From: Steroidobacteraceae bacterium
GTDB lineage: Bacteria > Pseudomonadota > Gammaproteobacteria > Steroidobacterales > Steroidobacteraceae
Assembly (NCBI GenBank): GCA_041395525.1
Contig: JAWLAH010000009.1
Location: forward strand, 18,347-82,346
Direction: 5' to 3'
Length of the DNA stretch: 64,000 bases
In this document: positions 52,665-63,212 of the stretch, piece after piece
Position numbering within the stretch: position 1 is the stretch's first letter
Layout: every line of letters starts with the position of its first letter
Notes under the pieces: generated by a model
The model's input: only the letters and a program-made list of their open reading frames with translations
The model's database searches: none
Told to the model about the DNA's origin: nothing
Translations under genes and position numbers: made by a program

Positions 52665-53196
52665 CTGCCAGCGCTTTGAGATCGGCTAACACCATTGCCG
52701 AATGACCCTTCGGGTTCACGCTCTTGTAATGCTTGGCAATCCTGCCGCTGGGGTCGATCAAAAAGGTGTCGCGCCGTGCGACTTCCATTACGCCCAATGC
52801 CTTGTACAGAACGCCATAGGCTTTGGCGGTCGATTTCGTGGAGTCAGCGAGGATCGGAAAGGGGAGACTATGGTCTGCGGAGAACTTCTTGTGCGAGGCG
52901 ACGTCATCGACACTGACGCCGAGAATAACGGCATCCGCGCGGCGGAACGCGAAAATGTTGTCGCGCAGTTCGCAGGCCTGCGTCGTGCAGCCGGGAGTAT
53001 TGTCTTTGGGATAAAAGTACAGGACGACCCACTTGCCGCGGTGTTCTTCGAGCGTATTCCATTTGCCGGTCTGGTCCTGCAGTTTGAAAGCCGGGGCCAT
53101 ACCACCGACGGCGGGCGTCGAGTCTGTTTCGGCAACCGCAATCTGCAACGAGGCGGCGGCGAGTAGTGCAATTGCAACGTGGCGAAGTGCGCGCAT
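52636..53196 (-). CDS. bcp: Secreted thiol peroxidase, Bcp/peroxiredoxin Q type
   Basis: Signal peptide. FYPKDNTPGCTTQAC (CxxxxC). Confidence 0.9.
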   Translation of the reverse strand: MRALRHVAIALLAAASLQIAVAETDSTPAVGGMAPAFKLQDQTGKWNTLEEHRGKWVVLYFYPKDNTPGCTTQACELRDNIFAFRRADAVILGVSVDDVASHKKFSADHSLPFPILADSTKSTAKAYGVLYKALGVMEVARRDTFLIDPSGRIAKHYKSVNPKGHSAMVLADLKALAAKPAADPAG

Positions 53197-53228
53197 TGAG
53201 ATCTCCGGCGATTGGCGGATGAGGGAGC

Positions 53229-54365
53229 TTGATGGTGGATTCTAACAGTGTCGGACCAACCCCGCGGGTCGGCCTCATTCTGACGGGCGGCGGTGCGCGT
53301 GCGGCCTATCAGGTCGGCGTTCTCAAGGCGATCGCCGCGTTTACCGACCAGCAGCGCATTCCGTTTCCGATCGTTGTGGGGACGTCTGCTGGCGCCGTGG
53401 TCGCCAGCATCCTGGCGGCGGATGCGCATCGCTGGGAGCGCGCCGTGGCGGCACTCGAGGCGGTCTGGTCCAATTTTCGAGTCCAGCAGGTGTTTCGGGT
53501 GGACTCTTTCTCGGTACTGCGCTCTGGCCTGCACTGGGGACTGTCGCTATTGTCGGGGGGGCTGCTATTGTCCGCGCCGCACTCTTTGTTGAATAACAAC
53601 CCGTTGCGTCGCCTGCTCACTTATGTGACGGACTTCGAGGCGGTGCGTGCCCGTGTGGCCGATGGTTCGCTGCACGCGCTCGCACTCACCGCCACGAGTT
53701 ATTCGAGCGCACATTCGGTTGCATTTTTCGAGGGCCACGAGAGTATCCCGGACTGGAATCGAGCGCAGCGCTACGGCCGCAGGACGCCGCTGGATCTCAA
53801 CCATCTGATGGCGAGTCTTGGCATTCCCTTTCTGTTCCCGCCGGTGCAACTCGATGCCGAGTACTTTGGCGACGGTGCGATGCGCCAGACTGCTCCCTTG
53901 AGTCCCTGCATACATTTGGGCGCCGATCGCATTCTGGTGATCGGAGTGCGTCAAGCGCACGCTGGACCGCAACTTGCTCTCGGTACAACACCACCGACAC
54001 CTGGCCAGTTGTTTGGCTATATGCTGGATACGCTGTTCACCGACCAGATTGCCGGCGATCGCGAACAGTTGAACCGAGTCAACGATCTCGTACGGGCCGC
54101 GCCCGAAGCGACCGTGGCTCGCCCGATTGAAACGCTGTTGATCGCACCGAGCGAGGATCCGAGCAGGCTGGCGGCACCGCATGTTGACAGCCTGCCGCGT
54201 GGTCTGCGTGGCTTGCTGCGCGTGATCGGCGCTCGCGACAGTGCCGGTAGCCTGCTGGCGAGCTATCTGATGTTTCAGGCCAACTACACGCGCGAACTGA
54301 TCGACCTTGGTTATCGCGACGGCATGGCGCATCAGAGCGCGATCACGCGGTTCCTGGCGCCGTAG
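53229..54365 (+). CDS. Patatin-like phospholipase
   Basis: [19 protein letters not shown] (GxSxG), GDGAMRQ (DGA). Confidence 0.85.
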   Translation: MMVDSNSVGPTPRVGLILTGGGARAAYQVGVLKAIAAFTDQQRIPFPIVVGTSAGAVVASILAADAHRWERAVAALEAVWSNFRVQQVFRVDSFSVLRSGLHWGLSLLSGGLLLSAPHSLLNNNPLRRLLTYVTDFEAVRARVADGSLHALALTATSYSSAHSVAFFEGHESIPDWNRAQRYGRRTPLDLNHLMASLGIPFLFPPVQLDAEYFGDGAMRQTAPLSPCIHLGADRILVIGVRQAHAGPQLALGTTPPTPGQLFGYMLDTLFTDQIAGDREQLNRVNDLVRAAPEATVARPIETLLIAPSEDPSRLAAPHVDSLPRGLRGLLRVIGARDSAGSLLASYLMFQANYTRELIDLGYRDGMAHQSAITRFLAP

Positions 54366-54392
54366 CACACTCGGGAGCGGACCGCCCGCCTA

Positions 54393-55748
54393 TCACGTCA
54401 AGAACAGCGCACCCAGCCCTAACAACGTAGCGAAGCCAATACAGTCAGTGAAGGTCGTCAGGATCACGCCAGCCGACAGCGCGGGATCGATTTTCAGACG
54501 CCGCAGAATCAAGGGCACGAGTACGCCAACACCCGCGGCGGCGAGCAGGTTGACGAGCATCGCTGCGGCAATGATCGCCGCGATCTTCCAGGCGCCGAAC
54601 CAGAATACGGTGACAGTGCCGACTACCACTGCCCATATCAGCCCATTCAGGCCACCCACCGCAATCTCTTTCCACAGCAGCCAACGGGCGTTCGCCCACT
54701 GAACCTGCCCGAGCGCGAGGCCACGAATGATCAAGGTCACGGTCTGCGTGCCAGCGATACCGCCCATGCTCGCCACGATCGGCATCAAGGCCGCAAGGGC
54801 TGCGACTTTTTCGATCGTGCCCTCGAAACGCGATACCACGAATGCGGCCAGGAAGGCCGTCATCAGATTGATGCCGAGCCACAAGAAGCGGCGGCGCGAG
54901 GAGGGGATCACGGCGGCGAACAGATCTTCCTCGTCGGGCAGGCCCGCCATCGACAGGAGCGAGTGCTCAGCTTCTTCGCGAATGACGTCCACCACGTCAT
55001 CGATCGTAATGCGGCCTAACAATTTGCCGTGTGGGTCGACGACCGCAGCAGACACCAGATCGCGATCCTGGAAAAGCTGCGCGACGTCATGGGCAGTCAT
55101 ATCGGGTACGATGCGCGGCGATTCAGACTCGAGACTCTCACCGACGACGGTGTCCTCGTCTTCAGTGAGCAGGCGAGTCAGCGGAATGGTGCCGAGGTAG
55201 CGGTCGTTGCGGTCGACCACAAACAGGCGATCGGTCTTGTCCGGCAGCTCACCACGCATCCGCAGATAGCGCAGCACCACTTGTACGGTCACGTCGGCGC
55301 GCACACTCACCGTGTCGGTGTTCATCAGGCCGCCGGCCGTGTCTTCACCGTACGCGAGCACGGTGTTGAGCCGTTCACGATCGCTCTGGTCCATCGAACG
55401 CAGCACCTGCCGCGTGACAGCTTCGGGCAGATCGCCTACCAGGTCGGCGAGGTCGTCGAGTTCCATGCCTTCGGCCGCCGCGACCAATTCTTCAGCATCC
55501 ATGCCCTCGATCAACGATTGGCGCACGTTGTCGTTGAGTTCAACGAGGACGTCGCCCTCGAGTTCCGGATCGACGAATTCCCAGACCACTTCGCGCTGTG
55601 CGGCCGGCAAGGATTCCAGCAGCGAGGCGATCTCGGCAGGATGCATCGCGTTCACGAGCCGATGCGCAGAACGGAAGGTACCGTGAGCGAGCGCGTCGCG
55701 CAGAGCTGTAAGCCGTTCCGATTTGCCCGGTTTCAGTTCCGCGTTCAT
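54393..55748 (-). CDS. mgtE: Magnesium transporter MgtE
   Basis: MgtE N domain, CBS pair, five TM helices, GIAGTQ and TDC.GF motifs. Confidence 0.95.
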   Translation of the reverse strand: MNAELKPGKSERLTALRDALAHGTFRSAHRLVNAMHPAEIASLLESLPAAQREVVWEFVDPELEGDVLVELNDNVRQSLIEGMDAEELVAAAEGMELDDLADLVGDLPEAVTRQVLRSMDQSDRERLNTVLAYGEDTAGGLMNTDTVSVRADVTVQVVLRYLRMRGELPDKTDRLFVVDRNDRYLGTIPLTRLLTEDEDTVVGESLESESPRIVPDMTAHDVAQLFQDRDLVSAAVVDPHGKLLGRITIDDVVDVIREEAEHSLLSMAGLPDEEDLFAAVIPSSRRRFLWLGINLMTAFLAAFVVSRFEGTIEKVAALAALMPIVASMGGIAGTQTVTLIIRGLALGQVQWANARWLLWKEIAVGGLNGLIWAVVVGTVTVFWFGAWKIAAIIAAAMLVNLLAAAGVGVLVPLILRRLKIDPALSAGVILTTFTDCIGFATLLGLGALFLT

Positions 55749-55819
55749 GACGCGCGCAAGTGTAACGCGCGCTCGCAGGCGGTGTTACGCCTCTCTGCGG
55801 CTAGCGTCGCCGTGCGCCG

Positions 55820-58800
55820 CTAGCGTGCGAGCAGTTCGACTTCGACGATACGTTGGATACCGTCCCGCAGGATGGTCGCTTTGACTTTGTCACCCGGCGT
55901 ATGCTGCTTGAGCGCGTTCGAGAATCCGCCCAAGCCATCGACAGCGACGCCGTCCAAAGCCATCAGGATGTCACCCGCCACGATGCCGGCGCGTGCGGCA
56001 GGTGAATCCGGCACGACCGATTCGGCTGTCACTCCCTTGCCCTGTGCCGCATAGTCCGGCACCAGTCCAAAGGTCACATGCCGCGAGCTGCCATCCGCGC
56101 CGCCCGTTGGTTTGGCTGCTGCATCGATCGTAATCGTGAGCGGCGTCGGTCGTTGTGCCAGATAGTCGATCATCTCGCGCGCCACGCTCGCGACTTTGAC
56201 GAGTCCATCGACGTCGATCTTGTCCGCCGTGTCAGTCGGCCGGTGGTAGTCGAGCGTTGCCTTGGTAAAGAGCTGCACACCGGGAATGCCATGGTCGATA
56301 AAGCTCTGCTGATCCGATGACTGCGAGGCGCCGGGTATGCTCTTCGTCGCAATTCCCGTCGTGAACGTGATGCCGCGCAGGACATGTTGCCATTCGGTTG
56401 CGGTGCTGGTCGCCAGCGCGATGACTTCGCCATTGCCGAGGCGCCCCACGGTGTCAAGATTAACAACCGCCCGGATCCCGTCGAGCGCAATCGGTGTCGG
56501 GTTGGCGACGTAGTACTTCGAGCCATTGAGGCCCGATTCCTCGGCCGAGAACCCGATGAACACGATCGTGCGTGGCGGCGCGCCGGCCGCTGCCAGCGTT
56601 CGCGCCAATTCGATCATGACGGCGACGCCACTCGCATTGTCGTCCGCGCCGGGATGCAGCTGACCGACATCCTCGATCCGCACGCCCGGCCCGCTACGCC
56701 CAAGATGATCGTAGTGCGCCGAGACGATGACGGCCTGATTCGCGTACTCGGGATTCGAGCCGCGCAGCACGCCGATGACGTTACGCGTACGGATGATCTG
56801 ATTGGCGCCTTTCGGCGTGAACTCGAACGGCTGGAAGTAGGAGTCGCCGTTGCCCGGCACCAGTCCCGCGGCCTTGAACGCCGCAGCGACGTAATCTCCC
56901 GCCGCCACAAGACCCGGGGTGCCGAGGCCACGACCGTCGCGCGCCGGATCGGCGAGCCAGCGCACGCGCTCCATCATTGCGGCACCATCGAACACGGTCG
57001 GCAGTGTCGCGAGCGGTTCGCGCGCTGGATACCTGTTAGCGCCCGGCGTGCTCGAGGCTGCTGATACTGCGTTCGCGGCTGGCAGGGCGACGTGCAATGG
57101 TGAGTCGGCGGCGATCCATTCACCCTTGGCCGTGTTGGCAGGTTCGGCGCCCGCGAATCCGAGGTACGAATACTTGCCGTAGTGCGGCAGTTTGCGCGCC
57201 AAGCCGTCGCCCGCGGCCAGCGGATCGACCGTGACCCAGGCTATGGCCTTCGCTGCATTGGTGGGATTGCGCCTGACGACCACGGTCGAATGGTCCTTGA
57301 ATGGCATGTTGGTGCCCGCGGCGCTGATCGCGTCGTCAGATACGGAGTAGCCGATCGCCGGATCGGCCGCAAACCACTGTTGCGCGAGCGTATTGTCGCG
57401 CCCGAAAAACCAGATGGCGCGATCTTTCGGCAACGCCATCCTGACGCTATCGAGACGTGTTTCGATCTTCTGTGCGTCTCCGCCCCCCCAGAACTCGATC
57501 ATCTTGCGGTAAGTAGCGAGCGCCGCTTCGTTCGCACGCGACGGCAACACAGCCACGACTTCCGGATCGCCGAACATTTGGCCGAGCGACGGTGCGGTCT
57601 CACGAACGTCGAGCAGACGGAACAGATCGAACTCCGGATCAACCTCGACTGACAAAGGTTCGGCCTTGGTGACAAACTCGAACTTTGTTTCGCGCTGGTT
57701 GCTTGCCACCGAAAACATCTCGATGCCCGTGGCGGTGCGCACGGCGATCGGTATATCGAGCGCGAACGGCGCAGCCTTCTGTACCTGCCGCAGGGTCCCG
57801 CGAACGGTGTACGACTCGGCAGCCGGGCCGCTGCGTTGCGACTTGACGTCCGCGACGCGCAGATCCGGTGCGCCGGTGCGCGTGACCCACTGTTCATACA
57901 TTGGCACGAGATCGGTGTTGGCCGCGGCGCCGAATGCGCGCGCAAGATCCATGAAGGTAGCGCGCGTGCCGCGCTTTTCACGATAGAACGCCTGCAAGCC
58001 GCGTTTGAAGGCGTCGTCGCCGATTTTGCGCCGGGTCATGTGAAAGAGCATCAATGCCTTGCCGTAGCCAACCGCTTCGGTGGCCGGGCTGTGACGCGAG
58101 CGAAACTCGGTCAAGGGAAAGTCGTGGCCGTCGCGCACGAAGTCGCGATATTTCTTCAGTGTATCGCGCCGGTATTCGGCGCCCTGTCCCTGCTGTTCTT
58201 TGTACAGGTGGTCCGCGAGGTAGGCTGTCAGGCCCTCACACCAGTTGCCACTGGCGTAGTCGACAAAGACGCCGTTGCCCCACCAGTTGTGCAGGATTTC
58301 GTGCGGATAGGAAGAGGTGAGAATGAACGGAAAGCGGATGATCTGTGGGCCTAACAAGGTGAAGCTCGGCATGCCGTAACCGGTTTCCCAGAAGTTCTCG
58401 ACCAGCGCGAACTTCTCGTACGGGTAGGTGCCAATCAGTCCACGATACATCTCGAGAATGCGCGCCGTAGCTTCCAGGTACTTCGCAGCGAGCGCATCGT
58501 CCGCCTTGCGCAGGTAGACCTCGGCCGTGACCGCGCCCGCAGCGCGTGCGTAGCGTGTCAGCGGACCGCCGACAATGTGCAGCTCATCGAGCGGCGCGTC
58601 TGAGTGCCAGTGTGTGATGCCCTCGGCGTCGCGCGCCGAGCCGTTGCCGGGGCTGATCAGCTGCCAACCCGCCGGCGATCGTGCTGTCAGTTCAAACGTG
58701 AACAACGTGTCGCCGAGATACGGGTACCAGAGCGTGCTGCCCGCGAGGTAGACGCCGTCATTGTCGATGATGCCAGCGGTTTCGTTGAAGCCGCGTGCGT

Positions 58801-59224
58801 ATTCCTGTGCGGGCGTCTCAAAGCCAAAGTTGATCGGACCGCGGTAGTGAAGCGTGAACTTGCTCGCGCCAGGAGCGAGCTGCACCCGATAGCGGGCCGC
58901 ACGTCCGGCGCTGGTCATGGTTTGCGATGAGCCGTTGATCCCGCTGAATCCCTTGGCGGAGTCAGCCGGCAGACGCTCGACACGCGGCTCCGATTCGAGC
59001 ACCGCGAGCGGGGCAGCTAACAGGAATTCGACGGCCTGGCCGGCCATGGCCGACGGCAGCTCGACGACGGCTCGTACCTCAAGCAGGTGTGTCGCCGGTT
59101 CGAGCGTTGCCTCGAGTTGGTAGCGCGGCAGCGCGGGCGCGTCGGTGGCTGCTGCCTGCGATGACCACAAAGACAGGGAGAGGGCACCAGCCGCAGTGGC
59201 CAGCACAGCAATGATCGAACGCAT
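55820..59224 (-). CDS. Secreted 1134-aa fusion: M1 (gluzincin) peptidase domain + M28 aminopeptidase domain + C-terminal PDZ
   Basis: Signal peptide. LVEN...HEILHNWWGNG...WCEGLTAY (M1). SAHYDHLG, HPGADDNASGVAVMIELAR, FSAEESGLNGS, NLDTVG, DYHRPTD (M28). PDSPAARAGIVAGDILMALDG (PDZ). Confidence 0.8.
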   Translation of the reverse strand: MRSIIAVLATAAGALSLSLWSSQAAATDAPALPRYQLEATLEPATHLLEVRAVVELPSAMAGQAVEFLLAAPLAVLESEPRVERLPADSAKGFSGINGSSQTMTSAGRAARYRVQLAPGASKFTLHYRGPINFGFETPAQEYARGFNETAGIIDNDGVYLAGSTLWYPYLGDTLFTFELTARSPAGWQLISPGNGSARDAEGITHWHSDAPLDELHIVGGPLTRYARAAGAVTAEVYLRKADDALAAKYLEATARILEMYRGLIGTYPYEKFALVENFWETGYGMPSFTLLGPQIIRFPFILTSSYPHEILHNWWGNGVFVDYASGNWCEGLTAYLADHLYKEQQGQGAEYRRDTLKKYRDFVRDGHDFPLTEFRSRHSPATEAVGYGKALMLFHMTRRKIGDDAFKRGLQAFYREKRGTRATFMDLARAFGAAANTDLVPMYEQWVTRTGAPDLRVADVKSQRSGPAAESYTVRGTLRQVQKAAPFALDIPIAVRTATGIEMFSVASNQRETKFEFVTKAEPLSVEVDPEFDLFRLLDVRETAPSLGQMFGDPEVVAVLPSRANEAALATYRKMIEFWGGGDAQKIETRLDSVRMALPKDRAIWFFGRDNTLAQQWFAADPAIGYSVSDDAISAAGTNMPFKDHSTVVVRRNPTNAAKAIAWVTVDPLAAGDGLARKLPHYGKYSYLGFAGAEPANTAKGEWIAADSPLHVALPAANAVSAASSTPGANRYPAREPLATLPTVFDGAAMMERVRWLADPARDGRGLGTPGLVAAGDYVAAAFKAAGLVPGNGDSYFQPFEFTPKGANQIIRTRNVIGVLRGSNPEYANQAVIVSAHYDHLGRSGPGVRIEDVGQLHPGADDNASGVAVMIELARTLAAAGAPPRTIVFIGFSAEESGLNGSKYYVANPTPIALDGIRAVVNLDTVGRLGNGEVIALATSTATEWQHVLRGITFTTGIATKSIPGASQSSDQQSFIDHGIPGVQLFTKATLDYHRPTDTADKIDVDGLVKVASVAREMIDYLAQRPTPLTITIDAAAKPTGGADGSSRHVTFGLVPDYAAQGKGVTAESVVPDSPAARAGIVAGDILMALDGVAVDGLGGFSNALKQHTPGDKVKATILRDGIQRIVEVELLAR

Positions 59225-59227
59225 GAT

Positions 59228-60478
59228 CTACCCCTTGCGGCGGAAAGCGATCTTTAGAGTCATGGGGCGGCCGTCTCGTTCAATGACGAGTTCGGCGGGA
59301 TCGCCCCAGCGGTATTCACCAACCTGGCGCTGCAGGGCGGTCGAGCCATCGATCTTGACGCCGTCGAGCGTACGCAGGATGTCGCCGACCTTGAGGCCGG
59401 CTTGATCCGCGGTCGAGCCCTTGTCGATCTGAATGACCTTGCCCGGTTCTTTGCCAATGCTTCCCATCAGCGACACACCCAAGACGGGCAGCGTCGGTTG
59501 TGCGGTCCAGGGGACACCCCACAAGTAGTTGGCATAGGAAGCGCTTACGCCGGCCACGGGTTCGCCTTCGTCATCGCGCACCGTCACGGGAATCAGCGAT
59601 GCGATGCGCCCTTGGAAGTGCGGCGTCAGTTGTCGCTCGGCCCCCAGTCCATAGGCAACGTGGCCCGAGCCGATCAATACGACGACGATTTCTTTCGGGT
59701 CCGCCGGAGTCGTTAGCGCCTGGCCCGCGTTCCAGCCCATCGCGGAATCCCAGGTCACTTGCGCCAGGTAGAGCCCTTCGGCCTGGTCAGGCGGCATGTT
59801 CGAATGCAGTGGATCATCCGCCGAGAAATACGAGTGCACGAGTTCGCGATGTTCAGTGCTCGTCGTGTTGATTGAAGGCGGCATATGCTTGCGTGTTTCG
59901 GGGTCGAGCGCCTCGAGGCCCTTGGAGCGCACCGTGCGCACGACGTCGCGCGGAACGTTGATGCCAACCATACGCAGATGGTGGTCCCGCGCGTATTCAA
60001 AAATCTCGCGATAGTGGCCCCAGTGATGCGACCAGGTTTCGTACCACTTGGCCTGATCGAGGAACTGCTGTTCGGTCAGCTTGCCCGCGGTCCAGTCCTC
60101 GAGCGGTTTCGTGACCGTGTACGGGAACATCTCGAGGCCGATGATCACCTTGCGCCCGGCGGCGTGCAGCGCCTCGATCGCGCGCAACTGTGCACGGTGG
60201 AATTCACCGTTGGTGTGTTCCTCACCGATGAACAGCACGCGCGCGTCGGCGAGACGTCGCGCGAATTCGGCGGAGTCGATGACCTCGTTCTTGGCCGTGT
60301 CAGTAATGCCGTCGAGCCTGACGGCCGCGATCTGATCCTTGCGGGCCGGATCACCGATGGCGAGGTGCTGGGGATCCGCCTGAGGCGCTTCGGCAGCGCT
60401 GGCGGATTGGCCGCCGGAGAAGTCTCCGGCGGCCATTACCAACATTGCAGCGATCGACAGACACCACCGCGACGTCAT
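59228..60478 (-). CDS. ChaN-like (Tiki/TraB/ChaN superfamily) periplasmic protein with C-terminal PDZ
   Basis: Signal peptide. VLFIGEEHTNGEFHRAQL..IIGLEMF. C-terminal GSTADQAGLKVGDILRTLDG. Start set at ATG 60478. Confidence 0.7.
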   Translation of the reverse strand: MTSRWCLSIAAMLVMAAGDFSGGQSASAAEAPQADPQHLAIGDPARKDQIAAVRLDGITDTAKNEVIDSAEFARRLADARVLFIGEEHTNGEFHRAQLRAIEALHAAGRKVIIGLEMFPYTVTKPLEDWTAGKLTEQQFLDQAKWYETWSHHWGHYREIFEYARDHHLRMVGINVPRDVVRTVRSKGLEALDPETRKHMPPSINTTSTEHRELVHSYFSADDPLHSNMPPDQAEGLYLAQVTWDSAMGWNAGQALTTPADPKEIVVVLIGSGHVAYGLGAERQLTPHFQGRIASLIPVTVRDDEGEPVAGVSASYANYLWGVPWTAQPTLPVLGVSLMGSIGKEPGKVIQIDKGSTADQAGLKVGDILRTLDGVKIDGSTALQRQVGEYRWGDPAELVIERDGRPMTLKIAFRRKG

Positions 60479-60480
60479 GC

Positions 60481-63073
60481 TCAGAACCTGTAGCGCGCAG
60501 TAATGCCGTACTCGCGTAACGTCGGGTACGACACGCTGTAGCGCCACGGGAAGAACGTGCTCTTGCCGCCCGATCCAGCCGGCGTTACGCCAGCAGGCGT
60601 ACGGTAAAACGTACCGTCGGGCAGCACATTGGTGAAGTAGACGTCGCGATAGGCGGCCGATGGCGAGTCTTCGTTCGTCAAATTGCGACCCCATAGCTCG
60701 ACGGTCCACTTGTCTCCGCTCAGGCCCAGCTGCATGTTGAGCTTGGTCTGGTCCGGAAGTATGGCCTGGTTGGTAGCATCGGCGAATTGCTTGTCACGAT
60801 ACGACAAGTCGCCCCGTACGTACCAGTCGACGCTATCGCGTACCGGCGCTCGGTAGCCGAGGCTCGCCGCGAGCTGCCACGGCGAGGCGCGCAGCATTTC
60901 ATTGCCGGCAACATCGCCCTCGGGCGAAAAGCTGGGCAGGTTCTTGAAGCTGTCGATTTTCGCGTCGGTGTATTTGGCATCGTTATACGAAACCCCGAAG
61001 CTGCCATCGACGCGGTCGGTGAGCCGCGCCTGCACCGAGAACTCGGCGCCCTTGATCTCGGCATCGCCGGCATTCACGTTGAACGCCGTGGGCAGGCGGA
61101 GCTGTCTCAGTCCGCCGCCGCGCGGATCGACCACCTCGGCCTGGATCTGCGGGATGACGATCTCCTTCCACTTGTTGAAGTAGACGTCGAAGTCGAGATA
61201 GACGCGCCGATCCAGCAACTCGGTCTTGATACCGAGTTCGATCGCATCGTTCTTCTCGGGGTCGAATGAGGTCAGAATGCCGACGTTAGGCTGCGGCGCC
61301 GGATCGGTTGCAAACTGCACCGTGGCCGCGCTGACCGAACCGCTTTTTTCGGCGTGTGCGTAGGAACCATAGATAGTCGTATTGGGCGCGGGCTTGTAGT
61401 CCGCCGATGCCCGGTAGTTCTTGATGCCAAACGACTTGCTGCCGGAGCGATTGGCGCGCAGGTTGTCGAATGACCGCTTTTCGTCGGTGTAACGTGCTTC
61501 CAGGCGCGTTGTGAAGGCGTCGGTAAAGTCGTATTCGACGGTCGCGAATACCGAGGGTGCCTTGATGTCGGACGTGACACTTGTGTCGAACACTGCATCG
61601 CCTATTGGGCTCGCAAACCAGGGGCCGAAGGTTGCGTCGCCCGCGCCGACTGCCGGGTCGACGGTGAGATTGGCTGGACCGCCAAACAACGCGGCCGAAC
61701 GGCACGACAGGCAGAAGGTATAGAAATCTGCCGGCAACGATTTCGTTGCGATCACACCATCAAGCCCATTCTTGGACTTGGTGTTGTAGTAGTAGAAGCC
61801 GCCCGACCAACGGAAGCGCTTCTCCGTCGCTCGCAAAGCGCAGCTCCTGGCTGAATTCCTCGGTTTCGGTGCCCCCGCCGATTTGCACCAGGCCCGTGCT
61901 GAAAGTCTTGAGTTCGCCGGCCTGAAAGACGCCGCCAAAGAGTGGCACCAGGCCCGTCGCGGGTCGTGCGATGTACGCATACGGCACGCTGTCACCGGTA
62001 TTGCGCGAGCCATCGACCAGAAAGTCCTGCTTGAGGTTGGAGTAACCGGTCAGAGCCGTGACCAGGCCAAAACCCGTGTCCCACTTCAGGTTGAGATGCG
62101 CGCGAACCAGGTCGCGGTCATCACCCGTTGCCTGGGGCACGACGGACATGCCGCGGCGACCGATTGGCTGGAACTCACCACAAAAATTGCCGAACGCAAC
62201 TGGCGTTGTGGCTGGGTGAGGCGTCAGCAAGCCGTTCAGATCTTCGCAGTTTGCCGCCACCGGGCTGATCGCCGCGGTGAAGGTGCTGTCGTTAGATACG
62301 TATAAGGAGAATTCGCCTTCGAAGGACTCCACCGGAGTCCATAGCAGGCTGCCCTGGAACGTCTCGTAACGATAGCCACCGATCTTGGCCGATCCGCCGC
62401 CGATGCCGGCGTACTGGTTCTCGTAAGAGCCGTCGAAGGTGTCATAGCCGACGGCGGCACGGCCTTTCAATACCCCCTCGATCAGCGGGCCGCTCACCGA
62501 AAGTGACGCGAGCACCTTGTTGTGCGAGCCGAACTGCACTTCCGTCTTGCCCTTGAACTCATCGGTCGGCTTGGCGGTCACATAGTTGATCGCGCCGCTG
62601 AACGCGTTGCGTCCGTACAGCGCTGCCTGTGGACCTTTGACGACCTCGATGCGCTGCAGGTCGAGTTGACTGAAGTTCAAACCTTCCTTGCCCGACACGA
62701 AAATGCCATCGATGAAGACAGCTGCATTGTTTTCGCCGCGCACGTCAACCGGCGCGAAGCCGCGAATCACGGGCACCGGCAAAAAGCCGGCCTGCAAATC
62801 AGAGAACGTCAGGCCCGGTGTCGCTTCGGCGACGTCGTCGAGATTGCGAATCCCCTTCCTTTCGATCGATTCGGTGCTGAACGCGGTGATCGCGAGCGGC
62901 ACGTCGATCAGACGCTCTGCGGTCTTGCGCGCGGTGACGACAATCTCCTCCAGACCCATTGTCTGGCCGGATTGCGCCGTGCTCTGTGCTTGTGAAACAT
63001 TGCTGCCGGCCAGTGCTACCACCACGGCAGAAACAGCCAGACTGAACTGGCGCCAGGAAAATCGATCGTTCAT
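60481..63073 (-). pseudogene. TonB-dependent outer-membrane receptor with one frameshift near 61815-61825 (probably a sequence error)
   Basis: The N-terminal ORF has the plug (EEIVVTARK..DVPLAITAF..VEVVKGPQAALYGRNAFSGAINY). The C-terminal ORF ends ..GITARYRF. The two frames join at ELRFASD(G)EKRFRWSGGFYYY. Confidence 0.85.
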
Positions 63074-63189
63074 AGAGTGCTCCCCAAAGTGCGTGGCGAT
63101 TGTATTTTCGCGACTGCTGTGTCAAAGCTACAATTATATTGCGGCCGGCGCCAGTACAGGACAATGGGTACGACCGCGAGATGCACGAC

Positions 63190-63211
63190 AACGAGGGTTA
63201 AACGAGGGTTA
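63190..63211 (+). repeat. Exact 11-bp tandem duplication AACGAGGGTTA x2 covering the Shine-Dalgarno region of the downstream gene
   Basis: Read directly. Ends 2 nt before the ATG at 63213. Confidence 0.9.
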
Positions 63212-63212
63212 T

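Noticed and set aside
63074-63189. Search for a Fur box upstream of the TonB-dependent receptor (e.g. ACAATTATATTGC).
   Set aside because: It is only a weak AT-rich resemblance to GATAATGATAATCATTATC and not enough to call.
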